Below are positions 27,785-37,609 of a stretch of DNA of 64,000 nt, one piece after another. The notes below the pieces were generated by a model. The model ran no database searches. It worked only from the letters and a program-made list of their open reading frames with translations, and was not told where the DNA came from. The stretch's first letter is position 1; every line of letters starts with the position of its first letter. The position numbers and the translations under genes are program-made. This DNA comes from Candidatus Micrarchaeota archaeon (GTDB lineage: Archaea; Micrarchaeota; Micrarchaeia; Anstonellales; Bilamarchaeaceae): contig JBDRPL010000032.1 of assembly GCA_043827025.1 (NCBI GenBank), positions 33,110 to 97,109 on the forward strand, in the 5' to 3' direction.

Positions 27785-28552
27785 ATGTGCAAACTCTGCG
27801 ATTTTTCGAATAATCCCTCTTATTCTTCTTTCATAGATAAAATGACTGAACAGGATTCCCTGCGCATGAAATTCACCCATAAGATGGTTGAGGAGCTTTC
27901 AGTAATCAAGGAAAGATGCTTCTCTTCCATTAAATTGCCTGTCAAACTGGTGTATCCTATGTTCGAGGCGCGTGCAGCATTTGCAGTCCCAAATAATTAC
28001 TTCCAGAATCTTCTAGTCGATGGCGAAAGGGCGAGCGTCATGTTTTCGCACGGTTCCATGCGTTCTGTATTTTTTGCAGGCAGCCGTCTTATCCTGTTTT
28101 CCAAGAATGTGAATTTCAAGGATGGAAAAGAGTATTTTACATCCTTTCTTCTTTGCCATTTTGATTCCAATGAATATGATTTTTCTCTCACCGAGGATGA
28201 TGAGATTTTGATGCATGTAGACTCGCACAAGTCCTTGAAAAACCTGATAACTGGCAAGCTGGAAAAACGCCAAATACAATTCAACTTCACTGGCAAATCA
28301 GTTATGAATAGGATTGTCTCCAGAGAACAGGTGAAAACCTCCTCGCAGTTTACAAATGTCTATTCAAAATATGGAGGAGTTGACACAAAGGTCCAATCCA
28401 TTGACCTTGAAGGTTATGCGATAACAGTTCAGCATTTTTCGCCTCACCCATATATGCTCCAGCTTTTCGAATCAGCAGGTTTTGCTTCGGCAAGGGACAT
28501 GCAGGAGCATGTCATTGATTATTTTAAGGAAAAGAAGGCAGGAATGCAATAA
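27785..28552 (+). CDS. hypothetical protein
   Basis: ORF only. Confidence 0.35.
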   Translation: MCKLCDFSNNPSYSSFIDKMTEQDSLRMKFTHKMVEELSVIKERCFSSIKLPVKLVYPMFEARAAFAVPNNYFQNLLVDGERASVMFSHGSMRSVFFAGSRLILFSKNVNFKDGKEYFTSFLLCHFDSNEYDFSLTEDDEILMHVDSHKSLKNLITGKLEKRQIQFNFTGKSVMNRIVSREQVKTSSQFTNVYSKYGGVDTKVQSIDLEGYAITVQHFSPHPYMLQLFESAGFASARDMQEHVIDYFKEKKAGMQ

Positions 28553-28562
28553 TCATGTTCAC

Positions 28563-29588
28563 TTATTTTGGCTGCTGCTGGGTTATGCAGTGTATGGATC
28601 CCATCCCCCAGACAAGAGGTTCGCAATAAATCGGAACTATTTTTCTTTTTGGGAAGCATTCCTCAAGTATGAGTATTGCCTTTTCATCATTGTCATGTTC
28701 GAATACTGGTAATAAAACTATTTCATTGCCTATGTAGAAATTTGCATAGCTTGCAGGAAGCTGTCCCATAGGCCCACTTACCGTTCCTGGCATTGGAAGC
28801 TCTTTCATTTCCAGCTTTTCACCGTCTTGGTCTTTGGAGTTTAGTAATATGTCCCAATTCTTTTTCAGTGCCTGGTAATTGGTGTTTGTTTTGTTATCTT
28901 CCCTAATACATAGCACAGTTCTTTCATCAACAAATCTTGCTATGTCGTCTATATGCCCGTCAGTATCATCGCCTGCAATTCCTTCTTTTAGCCAGATGAT
29001 ATCCGTAAGCCCGAGATTGTCCTTGAGCTTCTGTTCAATTTCCTTTCTGTTCAGCTTATTATTTCGGTTTTTGTTAAGCAGGCACTGCTCTGTTGTAAGC
29101 ATAGTGCCTTTTCCATTGACTTCTATTGATCCTCCCTCAAGAATCATGTTTGGTTTTATTACCTCGATTTTACCCAATATCGGCAATATCCTGTCAACGA
29201 CTTTATCATCTTCCATTAGTTCATCATATTTTTGGCCATAGGCATTGTATGTCCATTTAGTTATCTTCAGTTTGTTATTATCTTTCACGAAAATAGGGCC
29301 GTAATCACGTATCCACACGTCTGCAGTTTTGATTTGGTGGATGAGTATATTCTTCTTCACTCCAATTTCATTAAGCATTCTTTGAACTCTGGATTCTGTT
29401 TTTTCATCATCAACAAGCAGGTGCACCTTTTCTCTTTTATGCAACGCATCCATTATTTCAATGTAAATCTTCTCCACTTTAGGGAGTATCTGTCTTGGAA
29501 AACTTTCCTGGTTTTTTGGCCATGCAAGCCATGTTGCCTCATGAGGTTCCCATTCTGCAGGCATTCTATTTTTTGTCATACGATTCAC
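28563..29588 (-). CDS. aguA: agmatine deiminase
   Basis: MPAEWEPHEATWLAWP N-terminus and C-terminal catalytic Cys region (GSIHCITQQ). Confidence 0.8.
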   Translation of the reverse strand: MNRMTKNRMPAEWEPHEATWLAWPKNQESFPRQILPKVEKIYIEIMDALHKREKVHLLVDDEKTESRVQRMLNEIGVKKNILIHQIKTADVWIRDYGPIFVKDNNKLKITKWTYNAYGQKYDELMEDDKVVDRILPILGKIEVIKPNMILEGGSIEVNGKGTMLTTEQCLLNKNRNNKLNRKEIEQKLKDNLGLTDIIWLKEGIAGDDTDGHIDDIARFVDERTVLCIREDNKTNTNYQALKKNWDILLNSKDQDGEKLEMKELPMPGTVSGPMGQLPASYANFYIGNEIVLLPVFEHDNDEKAILILEECFPKRKIVPIYCEPLVWGMGSIHCITQQQPK

Positions 29589-30469
29589 TTTTTTGTTAGC
29601 CGTCCGTAGGTTTCAGGCCTTCTGTGTTTGAAGAACATCCAGCCTTCTTCAATTCTCTTTCCCAATTCTAGATCCACATTTGCATAGATTATCTCTTCCT
29701 TTTCTTTGCCTTTTGCAAGTAATGTGCCGAACTGTGAATATACAAAAGAATTGCCCCAGAATTTGGTATCTACTTCCTTTCCTACTCTGTTTATAGTTGC
29801 GACAATTGTTGCATTTGCAATGGAATGCCCACGTTGAACTGCTTCCCAAGCTTCCTGCCAATTGCCTTCAAATTGTTTTGTGTTGCCTGGCAATCCTATT
29901 GCAGTTGGGTAGAAGATTATCTGAGCGCCCATCAATGAAACTATTCTTGCTGCTTCAGGGAACCATTGGTCATAGCATATCAATACTGCAATCTTTCCAT
30001 ATTTTGTCTCAAATACACTGTATCCCAGATCGCCTTTCTCAAAATAATCCTGCTCGTAGAAATTTGGATCATGGGGTATGTGCATTTTTCGATATTTACC
30101 CAGAAGCTCTCCATTCTCATCAAAGATCATTGCAGTGTTGTAGAACTTTTTCCCGTCCTTTTCATAGATCGAGCCTGCCACTAGCACCACTTTGTTTTCC
30201 TTTGCTGCCTTTGATAACTCTTTTTCAATCGGGCCAGGTATTGTTTCAGCATGTTTCTCTGCATCGTATTTTTTCCTTGTTGGAAAGTAGACGGATGTGA
30301 AAACTTCAGGAAGCGCAACTATCTTTGCTCCTTTTTGTGCAGCTTCCTTTATTCTTTTCACTGCTTTTTGGACATTTTCTGCCTGGTCTTCAGACATGCT
30401 CATTTGTATAAGTGCGATCTTCATGCTTGTGCCTCTTTGGAATGCATTTTCCTCTATCTGTTGTTTCAA
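29585..30469 (-). CDS. aguB: N-carbamoylputrescine amidase (CN-hydrolase family)
   Basis: MKIALIQM start, catalytic E/K/C triad pattern, operon with aguA (4-nt overlap). Confidence 0.75.
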   Translation of the reverse strand: MKQQIEENAFQRGTSMKIALIQMSMSEDQAENVQKAVKRIKEAAQKGAKIVALPEVFTSVYFPTRKKYDAEKHAETIPGPIEKELSKAAKENKVVLVAGSIYEKDGKKFYNTAMIFDENGELLGKYRKMHIPHDPNFYEQDYFEKGDLGYSVFETKYGKIAVLICYDQWFPEAARIVSLMGAQIIFYPTAIGLPGNTKQFEGNWQEAWEAVQRGHSIANATIVATINRVGKEVDTKFWGNSFVYSQFGTLLAKGKEKEEIIYANVDLELGKRIEEGWMFFKHRRPETYGRLTKK

Positions 30470-30508
30470 GTTATAGTTTTAAAAAAGTTATGGGGTAAAT
30501 AGGATCTA

Positions 30509-31438
30509 ATGTCAGTTTTAATCACTAATTCTGGAAAACAGGGGGGACAACGCGGAGCGCCAAACGGTGCACAAGGAAACTTGCAGAAGCATTTGTTGCC
30601 AAAGGATCCAAGGTCATCGGATTGCAGCGAATTATCTTTCTCAGCGCATGGGCTTTCTGTTGCGGTCTCAGTTACCAGAGGGGCAAGAAATGAGGTCTGC
30701 CAGGATGTTGCAATTGCCCATGCTTCAGAACAATTCGCGCTTTTTGGAGTTCTTGATGGTTACAGAAATCAAGGCCACGTTCTTTCAAGATTACTTGGAG
30801 ATGGGATCCTGGATGCGTGTGGCAACTTGCCTCCTAGAGAGGTTTCACTTTTCAAAATAATGGAGAGGGCTCTTTCTTCTATATCTGGAGAAGTAACTGC
30901 GGATATGGGAACCACTGTTCTTCTGGCGCTTGTTTTTCCTGATGGAAATTTTGAGGTCATCAGCAGAGGCGATAGTGGAGTATATTTCCGTACTTCTAAG
31001 TCGCTCAATTGCCTTTTTGACCATGAGAATGTTAGGAATGATGAGAATGTTATCGTTCCTGTAGTTGGCATGGCCTTTATGGATTATGCTGATAGTAGGC
31101 ATGCAGTTGTTGATTCGGTAATCTCAGGCCGCTTGGATATGGAAAAGGTAAGGTCTAATTTTGGGCGGATGTCACAAGGAAATGTCGTTTTGCTTGCAAC
31201 GGATGGAGTCACAAAGAATCTTGGCATTATCCTTGATTCAGAGCTTCGCGTTCTGCATGCAAGCGGGTCCCAGGATTTATGCGACTACTTGCAAGTCATA
31301 GATGGTGCTTCTGCGATTAGGGACAGCGTGGACACATTGGTGATCTCTCGTCTTCAGCTTCCACACAGAATAGAAGATGGAATAGGCTACGCTCCAGACA
31401 AGGATGACAGAGCAATTATCGTCATCTCTCGTGATTAG
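30509..31438 (+). CDS. PP2C-family Ser/Thr phosphatase-like protein
   Basis: FGVLDGYRNQG and LLATDGV motifs resembling PP2C metal-binding motifs; locally GC-richer N-terminal region. Confidence 0.5.
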   Translation: MSVLITNSGKQGGQRGAPNGAQGNLQKHLLPKDPRSSDCSELSFSAHGLSVAVSVTRGARNEVCQDVAIAHASEQFALFGVLDGYRNQGHVLSRLLGDGILDACGNLPPREVSLFKIMERALSSISGEVTADMGTTVLLALVFPDGNFEVISRGDSGVYFRTSKSLNCLFDHENVRNDENVIVPVVGMAFMDYADSRHAVVDSVISGRLDMEKVRSNFGRMSQGNVVLLATDGVTKNLGIILDSELRVLHASGSQDLCDYLQVIDGASAIRDSVDTLVISRLQLPHRIEDGIGYAPDKDDRAIIVISRD

Positions 31439-32399
31439 AATCATTAACCTCTTCATCCATTATTTCTTTTAATCTTTCCAAGGATCTCTGAGGCGTTTCT
31501 ATGGTATTCAATAGGTAAACAGGCAATTTCTCGAACAGCTTTTTGAAGAACTCTGTTCTTTCTTGCATTTTTTCCTTTGTCCTTACCAATTGGTGAGGGT
31601 TGCAGAACTCGTGCTCCTTCATGAATGTTATTGCCTCATTTGTTTTCATTTTCTTTATGGGAGATAGGGTTTTGTCCCTTGTGAGCAGTACAATTGCTTT
31701 CATTGTTGACTGCGACTTTATCCTGTCATATCCAAATATATTCTTCACATCAACAATTGCCCTTCCTTTATTGTCTAGCTTTGCCTCTGCAACTACTCTG
31801 CCGTATGCCTTCCAGTTCTTCGCCAAGTCGTCGCGTATATACGAATTCTTTTCAGCAGAACTTGCAAGAACCGAAGTTTTTCCAATCCTCACAAAGAACC
31901 AGTCGTCTGTCAGGAAATTGTTCTTTTCATCAAGCAGCAGTCCGTATGTCAATGTTGTCTTCCCGCTTTTGCTCGGGCCGATTACTCCAATACCCCTGCC
32001 ATCGCTGTCGATATATGATCCATGTATGGAGTATCTCTTGTGCTCGCTTTGAAAGTCTTCCATGTAGTCTGCTGCAAGTGCAAGGGCAATGCTTTTCACC
32101 CAACCATAATAATCACAGTTCTGTATTATGACTGTTTTTGATGCAGGCTCGTACATTACTTTGAATTTACCTCCTTCATCTACTGCAACAAGTCTTGCAT
32201 GAGGCCTTATGGTTTCAAGCATCGATTTGAAGTTTTCCTCCCACATATCCTTGAATCCATGTGAGTTTGTGAACAGCTTTATGCACAGGCCGTATATCTC
32301 AGCTTTGACTTCATATGGGCATGAAGGATATAATTTAGCAAGCAGTTTATCCTTTTTCTTCTTTGATATGATTTCGACTTTGTAGTCCATAAAGAACAA
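31422..32399 (-). CDS. HPr-kinase C-terminal-domain-like P-loop protein
   Basis: GVIGPSKSGKTTLTYGLLLDEKNNFLTDDWFFV matches the HprK pattern G.SG.GKS..L....L...DD. Confidence 0.45.
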   Translation of the reverse strand: MFFMDYKVEIISKKKKDKLLAKLYPSCPYEVKAEIYGLCIKLFTNSHGFKDMWEENFKSMLETIRPHARLVAVDEGGKFKVMYEPASKTVIIQNCDYYGWVKSIALALAADYMEDFQSEHKRYSIHGSYIDSDGRGIGVIGPSKSGKTTLTYGLLLDEKNNFLTDDWFFVRIGKTSVLASSAEKNSYIRDDLAKNWKAYGRVVAEAKLDNKGRAIVDVKNIFGYDRIKSQSTMKAIVLLTRDKTLSPIKKMKTNEAITFMKEHEFCNPHQLVRTKEKMQERTEFFKKLFEKLPVYLLNTIETPQRSLERLKEIMDEEVNDSNHER

Positions 32400-32580
32400 G
32401 CACTATTAATGTTTTTAAGCTCTAGCCCTAATGCTTTCTTTTCATTGTCTTTTTAGTTATTTTAAGCATAAAATGTGCAAATAAACTGTAAATTTATAAA
32501 CAGACAGTTGAAATGCACATGTTTTCTGTGGTAAATTATATCTAGTAGTTATGTAGTCAATTAAAGCCCAAGGGTAAGGT

Positions 32581-35283
32581 ATGAGGCTTAGACACGAACA
32601 GGCCAATTCAGTTTTACGAACCAACAGGCATACTTTTGGAGAGAGCCTGAAAACAACTGCAGTAAGAGCATGGCGTTCTGCAAAGAGATTCGGAGCTGGT
32701 TTATTAGTTGCTGGACTGATCACTGCACCATGTGCTGGGGCGATGGTTGGTTGTGCTGATAATCAGACAAATCATACACAACAAGGGGACGGGTCTCAGA
32801 TACCAAAAACAGCAACGTGGAGAGAACCTTATAAAGGAAAAGTATCCTATGACGAAAATGGAAATCCGTATATGGCAAATCGATTTATTGTCACATTTAC
32901 AAAACAAACCAACAGAAGCGAAGTTGAAAGTTTAATAAGAGATTTTGCAGGAAGAATTACTGGCCAAATTCCTTCAATAAATATGTTCGAGATCGAAACA
33001 AAAGACATAGAAGTTGGAATTGCTGCCATGAGTAAAGCAGATCATGTGGACTTTTCTAATAGAAATTATTATTTTAAGACTGAAACTGCAAGCGAATGGG
33101 ACAACGATACTTATACTGGAAATAATAGTGCCGGTTTATGGTGGACAGATAAAATACAACTAGCTCAAGGAACGAACCTGTTTGATTCTTTACAAGTTAC
33201 ATTAAGACCAACAACAATTGCAGTGATAGATGTGGGATTTAATTTAGGATCGCCCTCTCCAGGCCAGCCAGAAATTCCATATGTGGATTCAGTCTATCAT
33301 TTTGATTTTGGTGATTGGGATACCAATGTTCATTATGACATAAATCATAGCTATGGAACAAATGTTTCATCTTTTATTGCAGCAATCAATAATGGTTTTC
33401 GCACGAATGGTGTTGCTTCTTTAAAAAAGGGTGGCACATTTAAAATTCTCCCACTAAAAATAGCAGCAACAAATCCTGATTTTCTAAGACAAGTTGTAGA
33501 TAATACGTGGGGTATTGATGATGTATGGGGTGACGTTCATAGTTGGGTAGCTGCCCTAGAATATGTTCGGGACAATAGAACTACATTAAATATCTCAGTG
33601 GTAAATCTTAGTATAGGGATTTACCTGGAATTGCCCAAGAGACTTCCCATGCTTCCACCACAAACTTCTAAGATTATAGGTGAATTAATTGGAAATGGAG
33701 TTATTTTAGTCGCGGCAGCAGGCAACAATAATCAAAATCTATGTAGTGGAATTTTTGAAAGCATATGGAGTAGAATAAATCCAGGATCTCTACCTGGAAT
33801 TATTGCAGTAGGGGCAACAGAAATCAAAGAAGATGAAGAAAAAAGAGCATCATTTTCCAATTTCTCTGACAGAGAAGAATGTTTGACTGTGGTAGCACCA
33901 GGAGCAAAATTATTAGTCTTCGATAGAAGCGGTAATCCGTATTTAGATAGTGGAACATCGTATTCGTCACCTATAGTAGCAGGTCTAGTAGCAGTCATGA
34001 AGTCCATAAATCCTTATCTGACTAACGAAGAAATAGTGCGACTCCTGAAAGACAATGCAGATGGCATAATTTTAAATGAAGAAAACGAATCAGTTCCAGA
34101 AGCTAGAGGAACCTGGAAAAGGATTAATGTTTATGCAACACTAAGAGCAATGCTTCAAGAAGAACAACCTCATCAATGCTATCTTGTGAAGAAAATGGAA
34201 CATGCAGGTGACATTCCACACTCGTTATTCCATACCAACCTGAAACTAACTGCTGACAAACTCCTCTTTAATGTCTATGATGTTCCAGGAACCCCCGCCC
34301 AAAATTGGTATGTTTATGATTTGATTACTGGGCAGATTTCGCCATCGCCTTTTGGCGCTCAGGTCTGGCCTTTTAATTCAGATTTAGCGTATTTAGATGA
34401 TAAAATTATATATAAAGATAAAAGTCAGCTTAAAATCATGGATAGACAAACAGGTCAGATCAAAGTTATAGAAGGTTACGACATGGAAGGATATGACGGT
34501 GCCACAAAGATTTCAGTTAGAGAATTCTATGTTTCAGGAGATAAAATATTAATTGGCGCAAGTACGGATATTTACTCTGAAGCTAGTGGTTATCCATATG
34601 CTGTAAATTATGTATATGATGTCAAAAGTGAGGAATTGACTAGACTTGCATATGGGGACTGGAGATCTTATATTCCACGTGCTGCAGATATAGATGGAAA
34701 TAACGTTCTTATAGATTATTATAAAAGATCTTCTGGAGACTGGTGCGAAGGAGGTGGACAGCCAGGTAGAAATAATCTGCATCAGTTGGTTTTGACTGAC
34801 ATTAGTACTTTGGAATCAAGAACGCTTCTTAGTCTTTTACCGCCACATGGATGTCAGTCGGATGCTGAGATATCTAGAAACTATCTTCTTTATTCATCTT
34901 ATGATGAAACAACTGCTTTCCTGAGACTTTATAATTTAGTGACTGCAGAATCAAGAGTTATTGCCCAAACTCCGTATAATGGTTTTGATGATCATGGTGA
35001 CGTAATGCAAAATGGATTAGATCTGAAACTTTTTATGCACGACATGGATGAAGGACGTATGATCATAGGAATGAACTACGCAATGACTTTAGATGGTTCA
35101 CAAGTTTACGTATATGATCCTGTTCAAAATAAGACAGTGACCTTGTGGGAAAAAACGTCTTCAACAAGAGTATCTGGAGTCAGTATACAAGGAAGGAAAG
35201 CTGCATTTATAAGTGAATACATTAGCAGAGGCGGATCTCTAGATCCAAAAGATGAAACAAGCATTTATCTATGCAATTTTTAA
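32581..35283 (+). CDS. subtilisin-like (S8) serine peptidase, large secreted protein
   Basis: Asp (IAVIDVGFN), His (HGTNVSSFIAA), Ser (GTSYSSPIVAGLVAVMKS) triad; long C-terminal extension; start uncertain. Confidence 0.75.
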   Translation: MRLRHEQANSVLRTNRHTFGESLKTTAVRAWRSAKRFGAGLLVAGLITAPCAGAMVGCADNQTNHTQQGDGSQIPKTATWREPYKGKVSYDENGNPYMANRFIVTFTKQTNRSEVESLIRDFAGRITGQIPSINMFEIETKDIEVGIAAMSKADHVDFSNRNYYFKTETASEWDNDTYTGNNSAGLWWTDKIQLAQGTNLFDSLQVTLRPTTIAVIDVGFNLGSPSPGQPEIPYVDSVYHFDFGDWDTNVHYDINHSYGTNVSSFIAAINNGFRTNGVASLKKGGTFKILPLKIAATNPDFLRQVVDNTWGIDDVWGDVHSWVAALEYVRDNRTTLNISVVNLSIGIYLELPKRLPMLPPQTSKIIGELIGNGVILVAAAGNNNQNLCSGIFESIWSRINPGSLPGIIAVGATEIKEDEEKRASFSNFSDREECLTVVAPGAKLLVFDRSGNPYLDSGTSYSSPIVAGLVAVMKSINPYLTNEEIVRLLKDNADGIILNEENESVPEARGTWKRINVYATLRAMLQEEQPHQCYLVKKMEHAGDIPHSLFHTNLKLTADKLLFNVYDVPGTPAQNWYVYDLITGQISPSPFGAQVWPFNSDLAYLDDKIIYKDKSQLKIMDRQTGQIKVIEGYDMEGYDGATKISVREFYVSGDKILIGASTDIYSEASGYPYAVNYVYDVKSEELTRLAYGDWRSYIPRAADIDGNNVLIDYYKRSSGDWCEGGGQPGRNNLHQLVLTDISTLESRTLLSLLPPHGCQSDAEISRNYLLYSSYDETTAFLRLYNLVTAESRVIAQTPYNGFDDHGDVMQNGLDLKLFMHDMDEGRMIIGMNYAMTLDGSQVYVYDPVQNKTVTLWEKTSSTRVSGVSIQGRKAAFISEYISRGGSLDPKDETSIYLCNF

Positions 35284-35305
35284 AGATTAAATAGGAGGTT
35301 AAAGC

Positions 35306-36157
35306 ATGAACTGGAAAAAAACGTTTCAAGTTTCTAATGTTTTCAATATTCTATTCCTGTTAGCGGTAGTAGGTTTATTTATTTTATCTGCATTGGATAT
35401 TTCAATCCTCTTTCTGGTAAATCTCTTCGTTTTCTTTCCTTTGCTGATATATTTTGGATATAAAGCAAGACAGAAGTTCAATATCAACTCTATGGAAATA
35501 CTCAAAATGATAATTCCTTTGATCTTGATTATGGTATTGTTGTTTTATGCCAGTGCTTCCATATATTATAAAAGCCCATATTATATTCAGGTGCCTTTTA
35601 ATTATACTTTTTTCATTGTCGTATTTGGTGTTTTTGAAACGATAATACTTTTCATGTTTGGGTCTCTGTTTGGTTATCTGCTTTATCCTAGTATTAAGGA
35701 TAGTTCCACTAGAAAGTACGGATTGTTCATTGCATATTTCATATTAATGTTCTATTTACTGTACGCCTCTGGAATCATTGAATTTGTTATTCCAACTCTC
35801 AATGATAATATAAAATTTGATGTACACAGGCAATTTTCTGGAAGCGAGTCAGGATTTTTACTTTATGTAGAAACCGATAAGATATATCCTTGCATGAATT
35901 ACTATTTACGACATAACCTGGAAGTCAATAGTCGCATCATAAAAGTAGGTTTAGGAGATGTTTCAGAATCAAGCCTATGTTTTACTGCTCTTGGACCAGC
36001 ATCTTTCACTGAAAATTTGGATCTAAAAGATGGCAATTACACGCTTGAATTTGTTTCAGCAAATGGGATGGATAGCTATCATTTAATTGTTGATAAAACG
36101 AACATAAGTGTTTCACAGATAAGGTCTACATTTTCAACCTATGAAAATAAACAGTGA
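35306..36157 (+). CDS. hypothetical polytopic membrane protein
   Basis: Multiple hydrophobic helices. Confidence 0.45.
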   Translation: MNWKKTFQVSNVFNILFLLAVVGLFILSALDISILFLVNLFVFFPLLIYFGYKARQKFNINSMEILKMIIPLILIMVLLFYASASIYYKSPYYIQVPFNYTFFIVVFGVFETIILFMFGSLFGYLLYPSIKDSSTRKYGLFIAYFILMFYLLYASGIIEFVIPTLNDNIKFDVHRQFSGSESGFLLYVETDKIYPCMNYYLRHNLEVNSRIIKVGLGDVSESSLCFTALGPASFTENLDLKDGNYTLEFVSANGMDSYHLIVDKTNISVSQIRSTFSTYENKQ

Positions 36158-36181
36158 GCTAGACTATCAAAAGGTTTTACT

Positions 36182-36682
36182 ATGAAAAAAGAAGAACATA
36201 AAACAAGAAACCTGATAATTTCGTTTTTCTTAATCCCAATATTGTTTCTATTGGTAAGCTTCGTAGTTTTGGTACTAGGAGGATTACTGAGTAATATCCT
36301 TCCCTCATTGAATTTTCCATTCTCAGTATTACTCTTTTTTGCAGCCATCCTATCATCCAGTTTTGGAGCGTATGTCTTGATTGGAGCCATAAACAGAGAC
36401 CAAAGAAAATGGATCATGAAGAATCTGATAAAACTTTATTTGTTTCTTGGCATATTTTTCATTTTCATATATATAATTTTACCGAATATGCTACTTAGAT
36501 TATATGGCCCAAATATTGATTGTACTGAACATGTTGGAGTACCCAACTATTACAATGGAGTAAGCTTCTGTAATGATCTTTCTACCTTATTTGGAGGATT
36601 AAGCCTTATTTTCTTTTTTTTAGCTATACTTAGCTATGTTGGTTATTTCCTAGGTCCAAGAACATTCAAAGAAAAGGGTTGA
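36182..36682 (+). CDS. hypothetical membrane protein
   Basis: Multiple hydrophobic helices. Confidence 0.45.
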   Translation: MKKEEHKTRNLIISFFLIPILFLLVSFVVLVLGGLLSNILPSLNFPFSVLLFFAAILSSSFGAYVLIGAINRDQRKWIMKNLIKLYLFLGIFFIFIYIILPNMLLRLYGPNIDCTEHVGVPNYYNGVSFCNDLSTLFGGLSLIFFFLAILSYVGYFLGPRTFKEKG

Positions 36683-36766
36683 ACCTATATATCTTCTTGC
36701 CAAAAATGTGTGCCACTTAAAGGCTTTATATTCCTTTCGCCCATTAAAACCTTATTACATTGTTAA

Positions 36767-36870
36767 GGGGCCGTGGGCTAACCTGGTATACTACTGGCTT
36801 CGGGTGCTGCCATATCTGTTTATGGCATTCGGAAAAGTCAGTGATCTGAATTCAAATTTCAGCGGCCCCA
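36767..36870 (+). tRNA. probable tRNA-Pro (anticodon CGG) with ~31-nt intron; D-arm irregular
   Basis: Perfect acceptor GGGGCCG/CGGCCCC, U8, T-arm CUGAA-UUCAAAU-UUCAG, discriminator A, anticodon stem CUGGC/GUCAG with loop UUCGGGU (G37), intron contains hairpin GCCAUA-UCUGUUU-UAUGGC; D-stem does not pair cleanly (possible second intron or degenerate gene). Confidence 0.5.
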
Positions 36871-37110
36871 TTCCGAACCGCGGCAGAGCGAACGGTGTTC
36901 GCGTTGCGCAGAGAACCGCAGTTCTCTGCCGAGGGGAGTGCCTCTGGCCGCGACCTTTGGTCATGGACATGCTCGTGATCGCTGTTGCGATCGCGACATC
37001 CCCAGTTTGAGGATCCTTTTGACCCTCACCCATCATTTTTGTGAGGAATGGGGATCGTGACCGATAGGTCACGTCTCCCTCCATTTCGTAAGAAATGGAG
37101 ATAATTATTA
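36871..37110 (+). ncRNA. GC-rich hairpin-dense noncoding region immediately 3' of tRNA-Pro (unclassified structured RNA candidate)
   Basis: At least six perfect hairpins: GCGAAC-GGU-GUUCGC; GCAGAGAAC-CGCA-GUUCUCUGC; GCGAUCGC-UGUU-GCGAUCGC; CCUCAC...GUGAGG; GUGACC-GAUA-GGUCAC; CUCCAUUUC-GUAA-GAAAUGGAG (the last two with GNRA loops); GC content far above genome background; overlapping track ORFs judged non-coding. Confidence 0.35.
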
Positions 37111-37147
37111 ATGGGAGTTCACTTCTATCTCATTTTGGAACAAGAAT

Positions 37148-37573
37148 TCACTTCTTCCCTATTGTCGGTACATTTTCTTTAACATGCTCTCTCTTTTTAT
37201 AGCATCTTAATGCAAGGTCTCCGAACACAGGTATTATCAGTTCCTTGAAATTGTATGCCATGTACATCAGATATATTGTGGTTAACAGATAAGCCCATGC
37301 AAGTAATGATACTACCTGGCTGACTATCCAATAACCTACAATGAAAGCCCATATCGAAGACAGCAAATATATCAGTATGGCATAAGTTACTGCCATGAAA
37401 AGCGTCTGTAGGATGTAAAACCTAACTAGGGGACTTTCTTTTTTGGAGAAGTATGCAAGAATCCATCCGATGATGGGAATACATGCAATACCTGCGGCCA
37501 CGTTTTCATCTTTCATTAGGTTATGCTTTAAGTAATCTAGCAGCCTTACTTCCTCTACTTTCTTTTCTACCAT
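37148..37573 (-). CDS. hypothetical membrane protein
   Basis: Three to four hydrophobic helices. Confidence 0.45.
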   Translation of the reverse strand: MVEKKVEEVRLLDYLKHNLMKDENVAAGIACIPIIGWILAYFSKKESPLVRFYILQTLFMAVTYAILIYLLSSIWAFIVGYWIVSQVVSLLAWAYLLTTIYLMYMAYNFKELIIPVFGDLALRCYKKREHVKENVPTIGKK

Positions 37574-37609
37574 GTATTAATCGTGTCTTTTTGTTTTTTA
37601 AATGTTTTT

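Noticed and set aside
36855-36960. Possible 5S rRNA because of the string CCCCATTCCGAACC resembling the 5S loop C
   Set aside because: I could not build helices I, II and III around it. The flanking pairing potential is better explained by the tRNA acceptor/T-arm upstream and independent hairpins downstream.
36708-37084. Two ~100-aa ORFs on opposite strands in the GC-rich region after tRNA-Pro
   Set aside because: The region is made of perfect hairpins, so both strands are open by symmetry. The translations are Arg/Pro/Gly-rich with atypical codon usage. Interpreted as structured RNA or DNA, not protein-coding.
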